Assembly: GCF_001194135.2 (NCBI RefSeq)
Contig: NC_068991.1
Coordinates: forward strand, 78,156,908-78,203,722
DNA length: 46,815 nucleotides
Source of the DNA: Octopus bimaculoides
Lineage: Eukaryota
Reading direction: 5' to 3'
This document shows, piece after piece, positions 1-10,735 of this stretch. The translations under genes were made by a program, and so were the position numbers. Every line of letters begins with the position of its first letter. Position 1 is the first letter of the stretch. The notes below the pieces were generated by a model, which searched no databases, was not told the DNA's origin, and saw only the letters and a list, made by a program, of their open reading frames with translations.

Positions 1-290
1 ACCTAGCTCAGATACCAGGAAACCCCAAAATGGCTGAAGTCCAAAAGATAGTGCTCATGGGAACTGCCCATATCCTACGTAAAATACTGTCTATGTGATC
101 TCAAATTTTAAAGCAAACATAATTTTCTTATGGTTTCTTAAACATTCACTTGAACAAAACTGTACAAATCCAAATATATGGTACCCTAGGCATAACACCT
201 ACATGAACTTCTAACTTGTTGTCTCTTGAGGTCTCTGGGTGAGACTTGGATCCAACTTGTACAAATGCAAAACAAAAGTCAAACATAAAA
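1..290 (+). mobile_element. 3' end of a Dong/R4-clade non-LTR retrotransposon (ORF C-terminus plus 3' UTR)
   Basis: Frame 3..98 reads LAQIPGNPKMAEVQKIVLMGTAHILRKILSM*, matching the QKxVLxGTAxILRK C-terminal motif of R4/Dong ORFs. A ~190-nt UTR follows and ends in (TAA)n at 291-318, the known Dong target repeat. Confidence 0.8.
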
Positions 291-445
291 TAATAATAAT
301 AATAATAATAATAATAATTCTTTCTACTATAGATACAAAGCCTGAAATTTGGTGGGAGGGGTTAAGTTGTTTTCCTCGACCCTAGTACTCCACTGCTACT
401 TAATTTATCGACCCCCTAGAGGATGAAAGTCGACCTTGACTCACT
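291..445 (-). mobile_element. tRNA-derived SINE family A, 3' portion with (ATT)n tail
   Basis: Reverse complement matches the body of the intact copy at 18241-18497 (GTCGAC..TTTCATCC...GGGGTCGATAAA..AAGTA...AAATTT). The (AAT)n at 291-318 is its tail. Confidence 0.7.
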
Positions 446-1450
446 TATGGTAATTTGGGGTAAATTCCATGCAAACGCCCCCAATTACTCGGCCATGCCC
501 AGGGCCTGGCAAAGTGCCTTTTTCCAGTTTCTTTCCTCCATTCAGTCTCACCAGTCTTGCCACTCTGGTTCATCTTTTTATAAACACACTAGATGGCAGC
601 ACTCTACCTCTCTGCCGTCGGTTGCCACAAGGACAACAGGCGAGGTACCATCACAAAGAACAAGTCACAAAACTGTGGTGTAATAAAGCGAGTTTGGGCA
701 ACATGCGTGGAAAACATCAATACAAACAACATATGCGTTACACTTCAATAACGAGACAGCTTCTTAGGAACAAACAGAGGAACGACACAGATCTAGAGTT
801 ACCTTTATTGTTTTGGGCAAGTACTCTCTCCAAGAATAGGCCCAGTCACTAGGGCCATTCAATTAAATTTTAACAAGAAGTTACCCACGATGCAGTTTGG
901 CATGGACGTACTTCTGCGTATGCCATGTTGCAAGCCCACCGATTTGTTCTGGTTAATGCATACTTCTGGAACCATTTCATATGCCTTCCATTTCGTACTG
1001 ACCTCGTTGACTTCTGTGGGGTTCTAGTACTATGATGGCGACACTGTCCAATACGGATACGATTACATCGTTTTCCTGTGCCAAAATATCTCTTGCCTTT
1101 CATTTCGAAGACCTCTAACTTCTGCAGCAACTGTTCAATATTTTAAAGCGTACTGGAGTGATGAGAGAAGAAACCCTTACCGAACCGAGATTCGAAACAG
1201 TTAATATAAGTGATTATATATTCTGAGCAATAACTATTCCAGCCTCTGAAAACAAAGGACCGAATTGGTTCCCATGAGGTCGTCTACTAAGAATCGATGG
1301 TCGACCCCATTGAAACTTTTGATTGATCCAAGCAGATCAGATCTCCACTGAAGCAAGTCTTGTTACCAATCTTCTCTACAACGTGACATCGGCGGGAAAG
1401 TTATCATAAATTGATCTGCTGGAAACCATACATAAATCCTCAAACCCGAC
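445..1450 (-). mobile_element. Decayed Tx1/L1-type LINE reverse-transcriptase fragment
   Basis: Minus-strand frames with stops and frameshifts give LICLDQSK..FNGVDHRFL, SVR*G..LS...IEQLLQKLE and YEMVPEVCINQNKSVGLQHG. These match the Tx1/L1 RT motifs LDQxKAFDRVDH, SVRQGCPLSP..LEPL and KINxEKS in the right order. Confidence 0.7.
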
Positions 1451-1654
1451 CACATTACAGGCGACATACATTGATACCTTTGTGAGAATGTTAGAAAAAA
1501 TTTTAAACTGCATTCAGCAGACTAATGCATCGCACATTTTTCAATATGTTCTCGCTTACTTCCATAACCGGGAGCCGTGCCATTTGCCAACTAGCATTAC
1601 CTATGCTGTTTACTGTTTACAGGATAAAAATCTCTGGCTGCTGCTATAACATTT

Positions 1655-1770
1655 ATAGTCGAATAGACTGGAACAGAGTGCCTTGCTCAAGGTCATGTCG
1701 CGCCGTTCAGTCCAGAGAACAAATCCACGGCTTTGCGACCAGAAGCCAAACGCCCCAAAGACTCGGTCAC
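1655..1770 (-). mobile_element. Degraded SINE family C head
   Basis: GAGTGCCTTGCTCAAGG..CGCGCC segment resembles the better-preserved copies at 10140-10260 and 26265-26407. Confidence 0.45.
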
Positions 1771-1915
1771 GTGCTTTCACCTTTCCAAAAAACAGAGTTT
1801 CTTTACTTTTCGTATTTATTTCATTTGAAATGGAAAAAAATGACTTTGGCACCACCCTGTATAACATATATATAATACTCACGTATGTGCGTTTATGAAG
1901 ATGCGTGTGTATGCG

Positions 1916-1917
<2 letters not shown>

Positions 1918-2003
<86 letters not shown>
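1918..2003. repeat. (GT)n microsatellite, representative of many (GT/CA)n tracts (e.g. 14001-14112, 19140-19232, 37898-38001)
   Basis: Perfect dinucleotide run; explains the CV/HT-repeat ORFs in the track. Confidence 0.98.
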
Positions 2004-2008
<5 letters not shown>

Positions 2009-2490
2009 GTGCGCTTCAAGTATCAGACCATCAATATCCAGCTCACTTCTCTTCCGCTATTCAGTTTATTCGATAATCTCAATATCTGACGAATCTAGTG
2101 GCAATATATCACTGATTGCAGTCAGTTTATATGCTGAAATATCCGGAATATCTGCTGAATATCATGTAATCATCGAACAAGTCCAGTTTATATGATAATA
2201 TTCAGAACAACTAACTAATACGAAGATATCATTGTAAACGTAGGTCAAACATACAGCGTGACAGCCATCAGTTCTCCATTGGCTAAAACGGCTGACACCT
2301 TACATTCGCAATTTCCGTTATACACTTGCAGAGACACCATCGCTCCCCATCTCCCTTTCTCCCTCCCCCCACCTTTCTCTCTCTCTCAGTCTGTCTGTCT
2401 ATCTATCTATCTATCTATCTATCTTTCCATACATCGTTGAAGACATTTTCGCACGGAAAATAAAATTCGTTACAGCTAACATAATTATCT

Positions 2491-2720
2491 TTAGCTAAAG
2501 TTGTTATAATCATTTAAACACACATTCTCACTATTAAATAAATTCTCTATATTTTCGGCTCTAACGTATACTTTGCTTTCTGCAGGGCCTCCTGGTCGTA
2601 TTGAAGGGACAAAGATGTTGCGAAAGTCGACACTACGCTCCGACCGCCATTGGAGATATTCGTCTATAACTGTTATTCTGTCTCTGAAAGCCCGGTGGAA
2701 TTGGGGAGGTGGAACTTGAA
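2491..2720 (-). CDS. Candidate terminal coding exon (E8) of an unrecognised secreted-protein gene
   Basis: Acceptor tattctttgcattcccAG, phase 1. Open for 75 codons (QVPPPQFHRAFRDRITVIDEYLQWRSERSVDFRNIF...NDYNNFS*). Non-repetitive, GC above the flanks, and phase-compatible with E7. Confidence 0.6.
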
Positions 2721-2985
2721 CTGGGAATGCAAAGAATATACTGCAAAATCCGACGCTGCTAATTCGCCACAATGAAATTATATTTTATTCTGGAAAGGCC
2801 TTACCTAAATAATGCAATTCTCTTCTACAAATAATTGCCCAGTTGTGCTAATGGTGATGGTAATAACTTAGAGAAGGTGAGGTGCAGCCCATAGCCTTTA
2901 CTAGGCTGTGTCAAACTCCTGCTAAGATTGACTAACTAATGTATAAACATAAGATCTATATTAATAGATTAGTATATGCAACGAC

Positions 2986-3195
2986 GGTGAGCTGGCAGAA
3001 TTGTTAGCGTACCGGACAAAATGCTTAGCAGTATTTCGTCTGCCGCTATGTTCTGAGTTCTAATTCTTCCGAGGTCGACTTTTCTTTTCATCCTTTCGCT
3101 ATCGATACAATAAGTACTCGTCAAGCACTGGGATCAATATAATCGATTCGCCCTCTCTTAAAAAAATGTCAGCCTTGTGCATATAATACAAAAGG
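2986..3195 (+). mobile_element. tRNA-derived SINE family A
   Basis: Starts GGTGAGCTGGCAGAA (A-box-like), has a B-box-like GAGTTCTAATTC, and the body matches 18241-18450. Confidence 0.8.
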
Positions 3196-3214
3196 AAAGA
3201 GATTTTAATATCTG

Positions 3215-3536
3215 CATATGAGTGATTGTGTGGTAAGAAGCTTTCTTTCCAACTTCATGGTTCCAGGTTCAGTCCCACTGCATGGCTCCTTGAGCAAGTA
3301 CCTTGTGAGTGGATGGGGGTTGACAAAAACTGAAAAGAAGCTTGTCGTATTTCTGTGTTCCTTTCTGTTGAAGAGCGTAGGCTCGAAACGTAAAAGACTT
3401 TCTCACTTGTCGAGCGTTAAACTAATNNNNNNNNNNTTGTGTGTCTGTGTTTCCCCCCTCCCCTCAGCATCGCTTGGCAACCGATGTTGGTGTGTTTACG
3501 TCCCCGTAACTTAGCAGTTCCGCAAAACAGACTGAT
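3215..3536 (+). mobile_element. tRNA-derived SINE family B, interrupted by a Penelope-like fragment (about 3350-3426)
   Basis: Head TGTGTGGTAAGAAGCTT..GGTTCAGTCCC..CCTTGAGCAAG and 3' half CAACCGATGTTGGTGTGTTTACGTCCCCGTAACTTAGC match the reverse complement of 32975-33378. Confidence 0.8.
3361..3397 (+). ncRNA. Minimal type-I hammerhead-ribozyme-like core in a Penelope-like fragment
   Basis: cttt-CTGTTGA-a-GAGC gtag GCTC-GAAAC-GTA-aaag: stem I CTTT/AAAG, stem II GAGC/GCTC, GAAAC followed by GUH. The core reads CUGUUGA rather than CUGANGA. Confidence 0.45.
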
Positions 3537-3557
3537 ATGTACTTATGTATATATGTA

Positions 3558-3668
3558 TGTCATTATACAGTTTATTTCAAGATTCCTTGCCTATAGAGAA
3601 AGAGCCGGTTTCTAACCTAGATCCAAGGCTCCTTCATTGGAATTTCAACATCAACAACAGGGCACTCC
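3558..3668 (-). mobile_element. ~115-bp element embedded in (CATA)n, copy 1
   Basis: Near-identical to 20901-21014 and 36867-36979 (GAAATTCCAATGAAGGAGCCTTGGATCTAGGTTAGAAACCGG). TATG/CATA repeats on both sides. Confidence 0.8.
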
Positions 3669-3993
3669 TGTATGTATGTATGTGTATATGTATGTATGTA
3701 TGTGTGTGTCTGTTTGCATGTATGTATGTATGTATGTATTTGTGTGTGTGTACATCGTCCATGACTAAAGAATATAATGCTTTGATATATGAATGATGTG
3801 ACCGTGTTTGTGTCTGCACTGTTGAAGCTTGTTTGTCTTCACTGAAGAATGTCGTGGAGGCCGTTGTTAGCGGGGTCAGTGCATGAGTGGAGTTCAAATG
3901 TTCGGGTTTCGTATAGATGACCACCATGCATAAACAGGAGAGTCACAAGCGGGGATGGGCATGCATCATCTACTTAAGAATGTGTAAGTGTAT

Positions 3994-4142
3994 CGATGAT
4001 GATGATGACGATGGTGGTGGTTGTGGTGGGGAGGTGGATGTGGCGCTAATGATGATGATGATAATGATGATGACGGCGGCGACGGCGGCGGCGGCGGTGG
4101 CGGTGGTGGTGGTGGCGGTCTTGGTCGTCGTCGTCGTCGTTG

Positions 4143-4196
<54 letters not shown>

Positions 4197-4200
4197 CGAT
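3994..4200. repeat. Compound trinucleotide microsatellite (GAT/GGT/GGC/GTC)
   Basis: Successive perfect triplet runs; source of the poly-D, poly-M, poly-S and poly-P ORFs. Confidence 0.95.
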
Positions 4201-4729
4201 TCCTTCGGCTGCGAGGTGCGACATTCCACTACCACGGCTACCTTCACACATTCATTATTTCTTTTAATTAAAAATAAATTTAACAGACTTAAGTCTCTGA
4301 CGTAAGAAACACGCTGCCACATACAAAATAATTGGTAGCATTGTATTGGAGAGGGAGGAGGGGGAGAGAGAGGGGGAGAGAGAGAGAGAGGGAGAGAGAG
4401 AGACTGCGATAAAAGAAAGAAAGAAAGAAAGCCGAGGAAATGACGGGCAGAAAGCAATTGCGAGGTCGAGTTCTTTCATGCGGTGATGTCATATTTGTAA
4501 TGAAGAACAGGACTCTTAACCAGCAAGATCGAATCTACCCGGCTGTATGTAGGTACACCCAGGGTGATAAACAGTAGCAACACTGTAAAATTTAGAACAA
4601 TGCAAGAGAGGGAATGCTGGAAACAAGTGGTTGATGGTGTTCGTCTGAAGATGGCGCTGTAGGGACGTAGCTTGAGTGTTGTTTTTATTTGTTTCTGTCC
4701 AAATCACCCAACACAGTTTATGATGTTTG

Positions 4730-5390
4730 AGAGATCATCCAAATGATCTTCACACGGCACTCAACATTCCTCTGTATCACATGACCATTAACTGCTTCTC
4801 GCGCTATTGTTCTCTCTTTCTATAAAAAAAATTACACAACATCGTTTACTTTACTTGAGAGGGCATCAACTAGAATAATGTTTCTGCATATTTTATGATC
4901 GTCAGGTTTTTTGAGTCGAACTTGCAGAATAATCTTCTTCACACCACAAACACTCTTTCACCATATTTCCTGAACATTAGTGAACGTGAGCCCAGCGTCC
5001 ATAATGATCTTCACATAACATACAAACTTCCCTCCATATTTTACGAACGTTAGCTTATAGTATTCTTTTTTTTTTATTTTGATTCTTTAGAAAATCACAC
5101 ACCATAGTTTACACTACATGAGAGCTCATATTCTCGAATGATCTTTTTCCATAATTTTATGAACGTTTGTGAATTTGAGTCCAGCGTCTAGGAAGGATCT
5201 TTTTCACTCGTCACACAACCCTCACCTTTATTTCATAAACCTTAATTTTTCGTGTTGTCCCTATCAAACTCATACTGCATAGTTTGCGTTACTTCGTCTT
5301 CTAAAATTCTAGGAGTGTGAGTCCATCGTCTATAATGATCTTCACACGACACACAAATTTCCTCCATAAATTTGTAATGTTTCTGTTTTA
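4730..5390. repeat. Degenerate ~70-bp repeat, about 5-6 interrupted units
   Basis: ATGATCTTCAC recurs at 4743, 5004 and 5335, with variants near 4929, 5137 and 5192. TGAG(C/T)CCA(G/T)CGTC recurs at 4987, 5177 and 5319. Confidence 0.7.
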
Positions 5391-5417
5391 CAAAAAAATC
5401 ACATGATCTACACTATT

Positions 5418-5845
5418 TCAGATTTCATTTTTACTTGTTTTAGTCATTTGACTGCGGCCATGCAGGAACACCTCCTTTAGTCGAACAAATCGACCCCAGG
5501 ACTTATTCTTTGTAAGCCTAGTACTTATTCTATTGGTATCTTTTGCCGAACCGATAAGCTACGGGGAAATAAATACACCAGCATCGGTTGTCAAGCAATG
5601 GTGAGGCGACAAACACAGACACACAAACACATGCACACACACTTATATATATATATATATCCGACGGGCTTCTTTCAGTTTCCGTCTACCAAATCCACTT
5701 ACAAGGTCTTGGTCGGCCCGAGGCTATAGTAGAAGACACTTGCCCAAGTGGAGGTGAACCCAGTGGAGGTGAACCCAGAACCATGTGTTGTTGTTGTTGC
5801 TGCTGCTGTTGCAAGTTACTTACCACCCAGCCACTCCTGCACCTA
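5418..5845 (-). mobile_element. tRNA-derived SINE family B, near full length
   Basis: Colinear with 32975-33378, from GTCATTTGACTGCGGCCATG through GACACTTGCCCAAG to CTTACCACCCAGCCAC. Central (TA)n and an internal 14-bp duplication GTGGAGGTGAACCC. Confidence 0.9.
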
Positions 5846-6189
5846 TATGTGTGTGTATGTATGTGTGTGTTTGTGTCTGTTATATAAGTAATAATAAAAC
5901 ATATTATGCACTTTATGCTTTCAGATGTGCACGATTCCCCAGAGCGTAGTAAAATTGTCTTTCATGAAATCGGTCAGTTCTGCAAAAAAGGTTGCTGACC
6001 GATGATCGATAATGATCCTTCTTCCAAATTTTATGGACCTAAGTGAGTCAGAGTCCAAATTCTAGAATAATCTACCTCAATCTACAGACTACCTTCCGCC
6101 ATATTTTATCAATGTTATTTTGCAACGCTGTCTCTGTTTGCTTCTATAAATTTAACCTCGTTCTCCCTAATTCTAATTTGTGTTGCAGC

Positions 6190-6371
6190 ACCAACAACAA
6201 CGACGGCAACAACAACAATAACAACAGAAACAGCAGCAACAGCAGCAGCAACAACAACAACAACAACTCGTTGGTGTTGATGGTTTAGTGAATTGTTGTT
6301 AGACTGATTGGCCATTGACCAAGTCTCTATTAATTCTGGTTTTCATCCCTGCAGCCTTTTCAATGTCTACT

Positions 6372-6426
<55 letters not shown>

Positions 6427-6436
6427 GGTGGTGGTG
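6190..6436. repeat. (AAC/AGC)n and (TAG)n/(GGT)n microsatellites
   Basis: Triplet runs leading into the gap at 6437-6709. Confidence 0.9.
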
Positions 6437-6709
6437 NNNNNNNNNNNNNNNNNNNNNNNNNNNNNNNNNNNNNNNNNNNNNNNNNNNNNNNNNNNNNNNN
6501 NNNNNNNNNNNNNNNNNNNNNNNNNNNNNNNNNNNNNNNNNNNNNNNNNNNNNNNNNNNNNNNNNNNNNNNNNNNNNNNNNNNNNNNNNNNNNNNNNNNN
6601 NNNNNNNNNNNNNNNNNNNNNNNNNNNNNNNNNNNNNNNNNNNNNNNNNNNNNNNNNNNNNNNNNNNNNNNNNNNNNNNNNNNNNNNNNNNNNNNNNNNN
6701 NNNNNNNNN
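6437..6709. other. Assembly gap (others: 3427-3436, 7410-8071, 11793-11805, 13096-13660, 22314-22771, 26654-27284, 27934-28853, 45663-45746)
   Basis: Runs of N, mostly abutting microsatellites; could hide further exons. Confidence 0.99.
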
Positions 6710-6755
<46 letters not shown>

Positions 6756-7167
6756 TTGTGTGTGTGAATGTGTGTTGAGATTCAAAAAGAAATTTTGGAT
6801 AGAAATAAGAAAAAGGCGGAGAAGAAAAGAAAATATGTAAAGAAAAAATGCATAAAACTCGATGAAAGAAATTTGGCAAGAATACAAAAGAGAGCGAACT
6901 AAATATGGAATGGCTAAGACATTGATAGCATAAAATGGTGAGCAAAATAAAATACATTGAATCAATCAAAATTTCTCCGTCAATGAACAGAGAAGTGGAA
7001 AACATTAGCTCAATGCCTAAATCTTACCGAGACGAATAGGGGAGATAACTCCGAAATTCCCAGTGAGGAGGAGAAATGTATTGTCTGAAGGGCTTCGGGT
7101 TTGTTAATTATATTGAGTTGATTGTATTTTCAATTCTTTAACGAAGTTTTAATTTTCTATTTAACGT

Positions 7168-7317
7168 AGCTGTGTAGTAAGAATTTTCCTTCGCCACATG
7201 GTTCCGAGTTCTGTCCCACAGAGTGGCGTTTTGAGCAAATGCCTTCTGTTTATAGCCTCGGACCGACCAAAGCCTTGTGAGTGGATTTGGTAGACCGAAA
7301 CGGAAAGACGACTGCCG

Positions 7318-7364
<47 letters not shown>

Positions 7365-8270
7365 TTATCTATCCATACATACATACATACATAGTTGAAA
7401 TTTACAGAANNNNNNNNNNNNNNNNNNNNNNNNNNNNNNNNNNNNNNNNNNNNNNNNNNNNNNNNNNNNNNNNNNNNNNNNNNNNNNNNNNNNNNNNNNN
7501 NNNNNNNNNNNNNNNNNNNNNNNNNNNNNNNNNNNNNNNNNNNNNNNNNNNNNNNNNNNNNNNNNNNNNNNNNNNNNNNNNNNNNNNNNNNNNNNNNNNN
7601 NNNNNNNNNNNNNNNNNNNNNNNNNNNNNNNNNNNNNNNNNNNNNNNNNNNNNNNNNNNNNNNNNNNNNNNNNNNNNNNNNNNNNNNNNNNNNNNNNNNN
7701 NNNNNNNNNNNNNNNNNNNNNNNNNNNNNNNNNNNNNNNNNNNNNNNNNNNNNNNNNNNNNNNNNNNNNNNNNNNNNNNNNNNNNNNNNNNNNNNNNNNN
7801 NNNNNNNNNNNNNNNNNNNNNNNNNNNNNNNNNNNNNNNNNNNNNNNNNNNNNNNNNNNNNNNNNNNNNNNNNNNNNNNNNNNNNNNNNNNNNNNNNNNN
7901 NNNNNNNNNNNNNNNNNNNNNNNNNNNNNNNNNNNNNNNNNNNNNNNNNNNNNNNNNNNNNNNNNNNNNNNNNNNNNNNNNNNNNNNNNNNNNNNNNNNN
8001 NNNNNNNNNNNNNNNNNNNNNNNNNNNNNNNNNNNNNNNNNNNNNNNNNNNNNNNNNNNNNNNNNNNNNNNGTCCTCCACCACGTCTTGGCAACCAATGT
8101 TGGTGTGTTTACCGTAACCAAGCGGTTCGGCGAAAAATACCGGTAGAATCAGTAACAGGTTTTACAAAGATGTACAAGAGTCAATTCTTTCGACTAAGAT
8201 TCTTCGACACGGTTCGGCAGCCTGACCTCAGCCTGGTGACCGAAACAGGTCAAAGTTGAAGTAATAAAAG
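7168..8270 (+). mobile_element. SINE family B spanning an assembly gap (7410-8071)
   Basis: 5' half 7168-7316 (AAGCCTTGTGAGTGGATTTGGTAGAC) and 3' half 8072-8270 (CAACCAATGTTGGTGTGTTTAC..AGCGGTTCGGC) flank the Ns. Confidence 0.7.
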
Positions 8271-8499
8271 GACCCGTTCGTTTCACTTGTATCCCAAATA
8301 AAGGGACCCCCCACATCGCGGGGACCTAATTCTGCATTTAAAGGCTCAAAATTCCACCTCAGAGTATTTTAATAACTTTAAAATTAAAAACACGATATGC
8401 ATGAATGTTTTGGGAGGGAGTCGTGTTCAATATGGCGTTTCTTTTGACATCATCGTCATAATGATTTCTGACGAAAAGAGGCAGACTAGCAGAATCAGT

Positions 8500-8790
8500 A
8501 GAGCACCAGACAAATTATCTTGTGGTGTTTGGTTCCGGATCATGCCTTTGATCCTTCCGGATCGATAAAAATACAGTACCAGTGAAATACTGGGGACCAT
8601 ATAATTGACCATGTCTCCCTCCTAACGAAAGAACAAAGCAACAATTTTTGGACCCCTGGTACTTTATTTCATCGATTTTAGAAGGAGAAGGAAATTCATT
8701 TAGCATTTCGGCGGGGTTTTCACTCAACACCGTTGAGAAGCCGAAGGGTTCTGCAATGTGTTTTATCCGCTGCTCTACTGATTCTTTACA
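8500..8790. mobile_element. Two degraded SINE family A copies, tail to tail (+ then -)
   Basis: CCTTTGATCCTTCCGGATCGATAAAAATACAGTACCAG (+) and CTGGTACTTTATTTCATCGAT..TTCGGCGGG (-) resemble the family A body. Confidence 0.5.
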
Positions 8791-8829
8791 ATAAATACGT
8801 TGACACAAAATTATTCAGTTGCGTTTTTC

Positions 8830-9104
8830 TTTCTTCCCCCCCTCTCACTCTTCTCTTTCTCTCACTCTCTCTCTCTCTCTTTCATTTTCCGTTTCCCCCT
8901 TTCTGCTGTTTGCTTGTCTTGTTCACTCTTTTCTTTATTCTTTACCTTTCTCTCTCCCCTTCTCTCTCTCCCTTTCTCTTCTTTCCATTTTCCTTCTCTA
9001 TCCCTCTCCCTTTCTCTCTCTCTCTCTCTCTCTTCCATGTACTGCTTCATCTCTCTCCCTCTATATTAATTTATTCCAGTACTTCTCTCTCCTCGACACA
9101 CACA

Positions 9105-9149
<45 letters not shown>

Positions 9150-9300
9150 GCTTTTCTTTATCTGACTATTTCCCTCTCTTCTATCCGTCCTTTCTCCCTC
9201 TCTCTCTCTTACCCTTCTATCCCCTCCTTCTCTCTCTTTCTTTCTCCTCCTCTCTGTCTCCCTCTTTTTCTCTCTTTCCCTCCCTCTTCTCCCCGTCTCC
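8830..9300. repeat. Polypyrimidine (CT)-rich low-complexity tract
   Basis: About 470 bp almost purely C/T on the plus strand; source of the L/S/F-rich ORFs. Confidence 0.95.
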
Positions 9301-9689
9301 TTATACATTCGTCTGACCGAATGAACTACGAACAAATCAATAGAATGACTGAATGACTGAATGAACGAACGGATATTCGTCTCCACTTTTGACATTGTCG
9401 ATTCGACCTAAGTCAGTTTGTACATCACCGAATAATCTAGTAATCCGGGGATAACTTTCATTCACATTATCAACTCAACACCACAAATAAGAAACAGGCC
9501 TCCGTTCACTATCTATACACTCTCTCTCTCTCTTATTCTCTCTTTTACCCTCACTTTCTCTTTCTCTTTATCTGTTATTTAATCAGTAGAAATATCATAT
9601 TAACAAAAACGTTAACAAACAATAAATAAAAAGATTCTTTCTCTCTCCAAAGCCTATTAATAAATCATCAACGAAGAAACTTTAAAGAT

Positions 9690-9930
9690 TTATGAATGAA
9701 GAAAATGCTGAGAATTATGATTGGGTACACTTAAGAATTATGACTAAGAAACTGTTTAGAATTGTGAATGAATAAAACCGTTAAGAATTATGATTGAAAA
9801 AACTGTTAAGAGTTATGAATGAAAAATTTAAGGCATATGAATGAATAAACTGCTAAGAATTGTGAATGAAAAACAGTTAAGAATTATGAATGAGAAGCAG
9901 TTAAGAATTGTGAATGAAAAACTGTTAATA
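9690..9930. repeat. ~25-bp degenerate minisatellite (AACTGTTAAGAATTATGAATGAAAA), about 10 units
   Basis: Repeated AAGAATT(A/G)TGA(A/T)TGA units in tandem. Confidence 0.85.
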
Positions 9931-9944
9931 AATCGTGAATGAAT

Positions 9945-10260
9945 ATTGGTACTCCGACGGATACGACGTCGAGGGTTCCAGTTGATCCGATCAACGGAAC
10001 AGCCTGCTTGTGGAATTAACGTGCAAGTGGCTGAGCACTCCACAGACACGTGTACCCTTAACGTAGTTCTCAGGGAGATTCTGCGTGACTCAGAATGTCA
10101 CAAAGCTGGTCCTTTGAAATACAGGTACAACTAGGTTTTGCCAGCTGAGTGGACTGGGGCAATGTGAAATAAAGTGTCTTGCCCAAGAGATACAATACGC
10201 TGCCAGGAATCGAACTCACGACCGTGAGCCGATTACACCTGACCACTAAGCCATGCACCC
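9945..10260 (-). mobile_element. tRNA-derived SINE family C
   Basis: Reverse complement begins GGGTGCATGGCTTAGTGGTCAGG..GAGTTCGATTCC (A and B boxes), then CTTGGGCAAGACACTTTATTTCAC, as in 26265-26407. Confidence 0.8.
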
Positions 10261-10378
10261 TTACCTGTGAATGATAAACTATTTACAATTTTAATTTAAA
10301 CTTATATTCGATAGTTTTTAACCTCAATTGGTTTTATGTTGTTTTTTTTTAATATGTTTATTTTTCCTGCCTACTCAC

Positions 10379-10460
10379 CTTGCAATATTGTACACCTATT
10401 CCAAGGATTTTCAAAGTGGAGTATGTATACTCTTTGGAGAATGGGAGAGAATTTACGGGT
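10379..10460 (-). CDS. Candidate internal exon E7 (82 nt)
   Basis: Acceptor ccccatacattttccAG and consensus donor AAG|GTGAGT. Phase 0->1 reads TRKFSPILQRVYILHFENPWNRCTILQ. A second frame (phase 2->0) is also open. Confidence 0.6.
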
Positions 10461-10604
10461 CTGGAAAATGTATGGGGACCGGTTTGTTGTTCTGCTCTAT
10501 TTATCTTTGTCAACAAACGCTTTCACAATGTTTAGAACCAAAACCGCATTTCGTGCAAGACAACAAATTGTAACAAACTAAAACAGTAATAAATTTACAT
10601 GTTG

Positions 10605-10735
10605 AGATGCTGATTTGAAATTTTGGCAGCAATTTCGGAGCAGGGAGTACGTGGATTACATCAACCCCCAGTGCTTTAATGGTACTCTAATGTTATGGAC
10701 TCCGAAAGAATGAAAGACAAAGTCGACCTCGGCAC
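10605..10735 (-). mobile_element. SINE family A fragment
   Basis: GATTACATCAACCCCCAGTG..GAATGAAAGACAAAGTCGACCTCGGC is the reverse complement of the family A body. Confidence 0.7.

Noticed and set aside
3917-4457. ORFs with poly-D, poly-M, poly-S, poly-P and poly-H runs
   Set aside because: They are translations of a compound trinucleotide microsatellite open in several frames on both strands.
4516-4707. Hydrophobic minus-strand frame IVLNFTVLLLFITLGVPTYS suggesting a second signal peptide
   Set aside because: No in-frame ATG or convincing splice sites.
6308-8146. Long track ORFs containing X runs (also 13084-13928, 22083-22918, 26573-28897)
   Set aside because: They are open only because of N gaps and flanking microsatellites.
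8733-9356. 207-aa L/S/F-rich ORF
   Set aside because: It translates a CT-rich low-complexity tract, which cannot contain stop codons.
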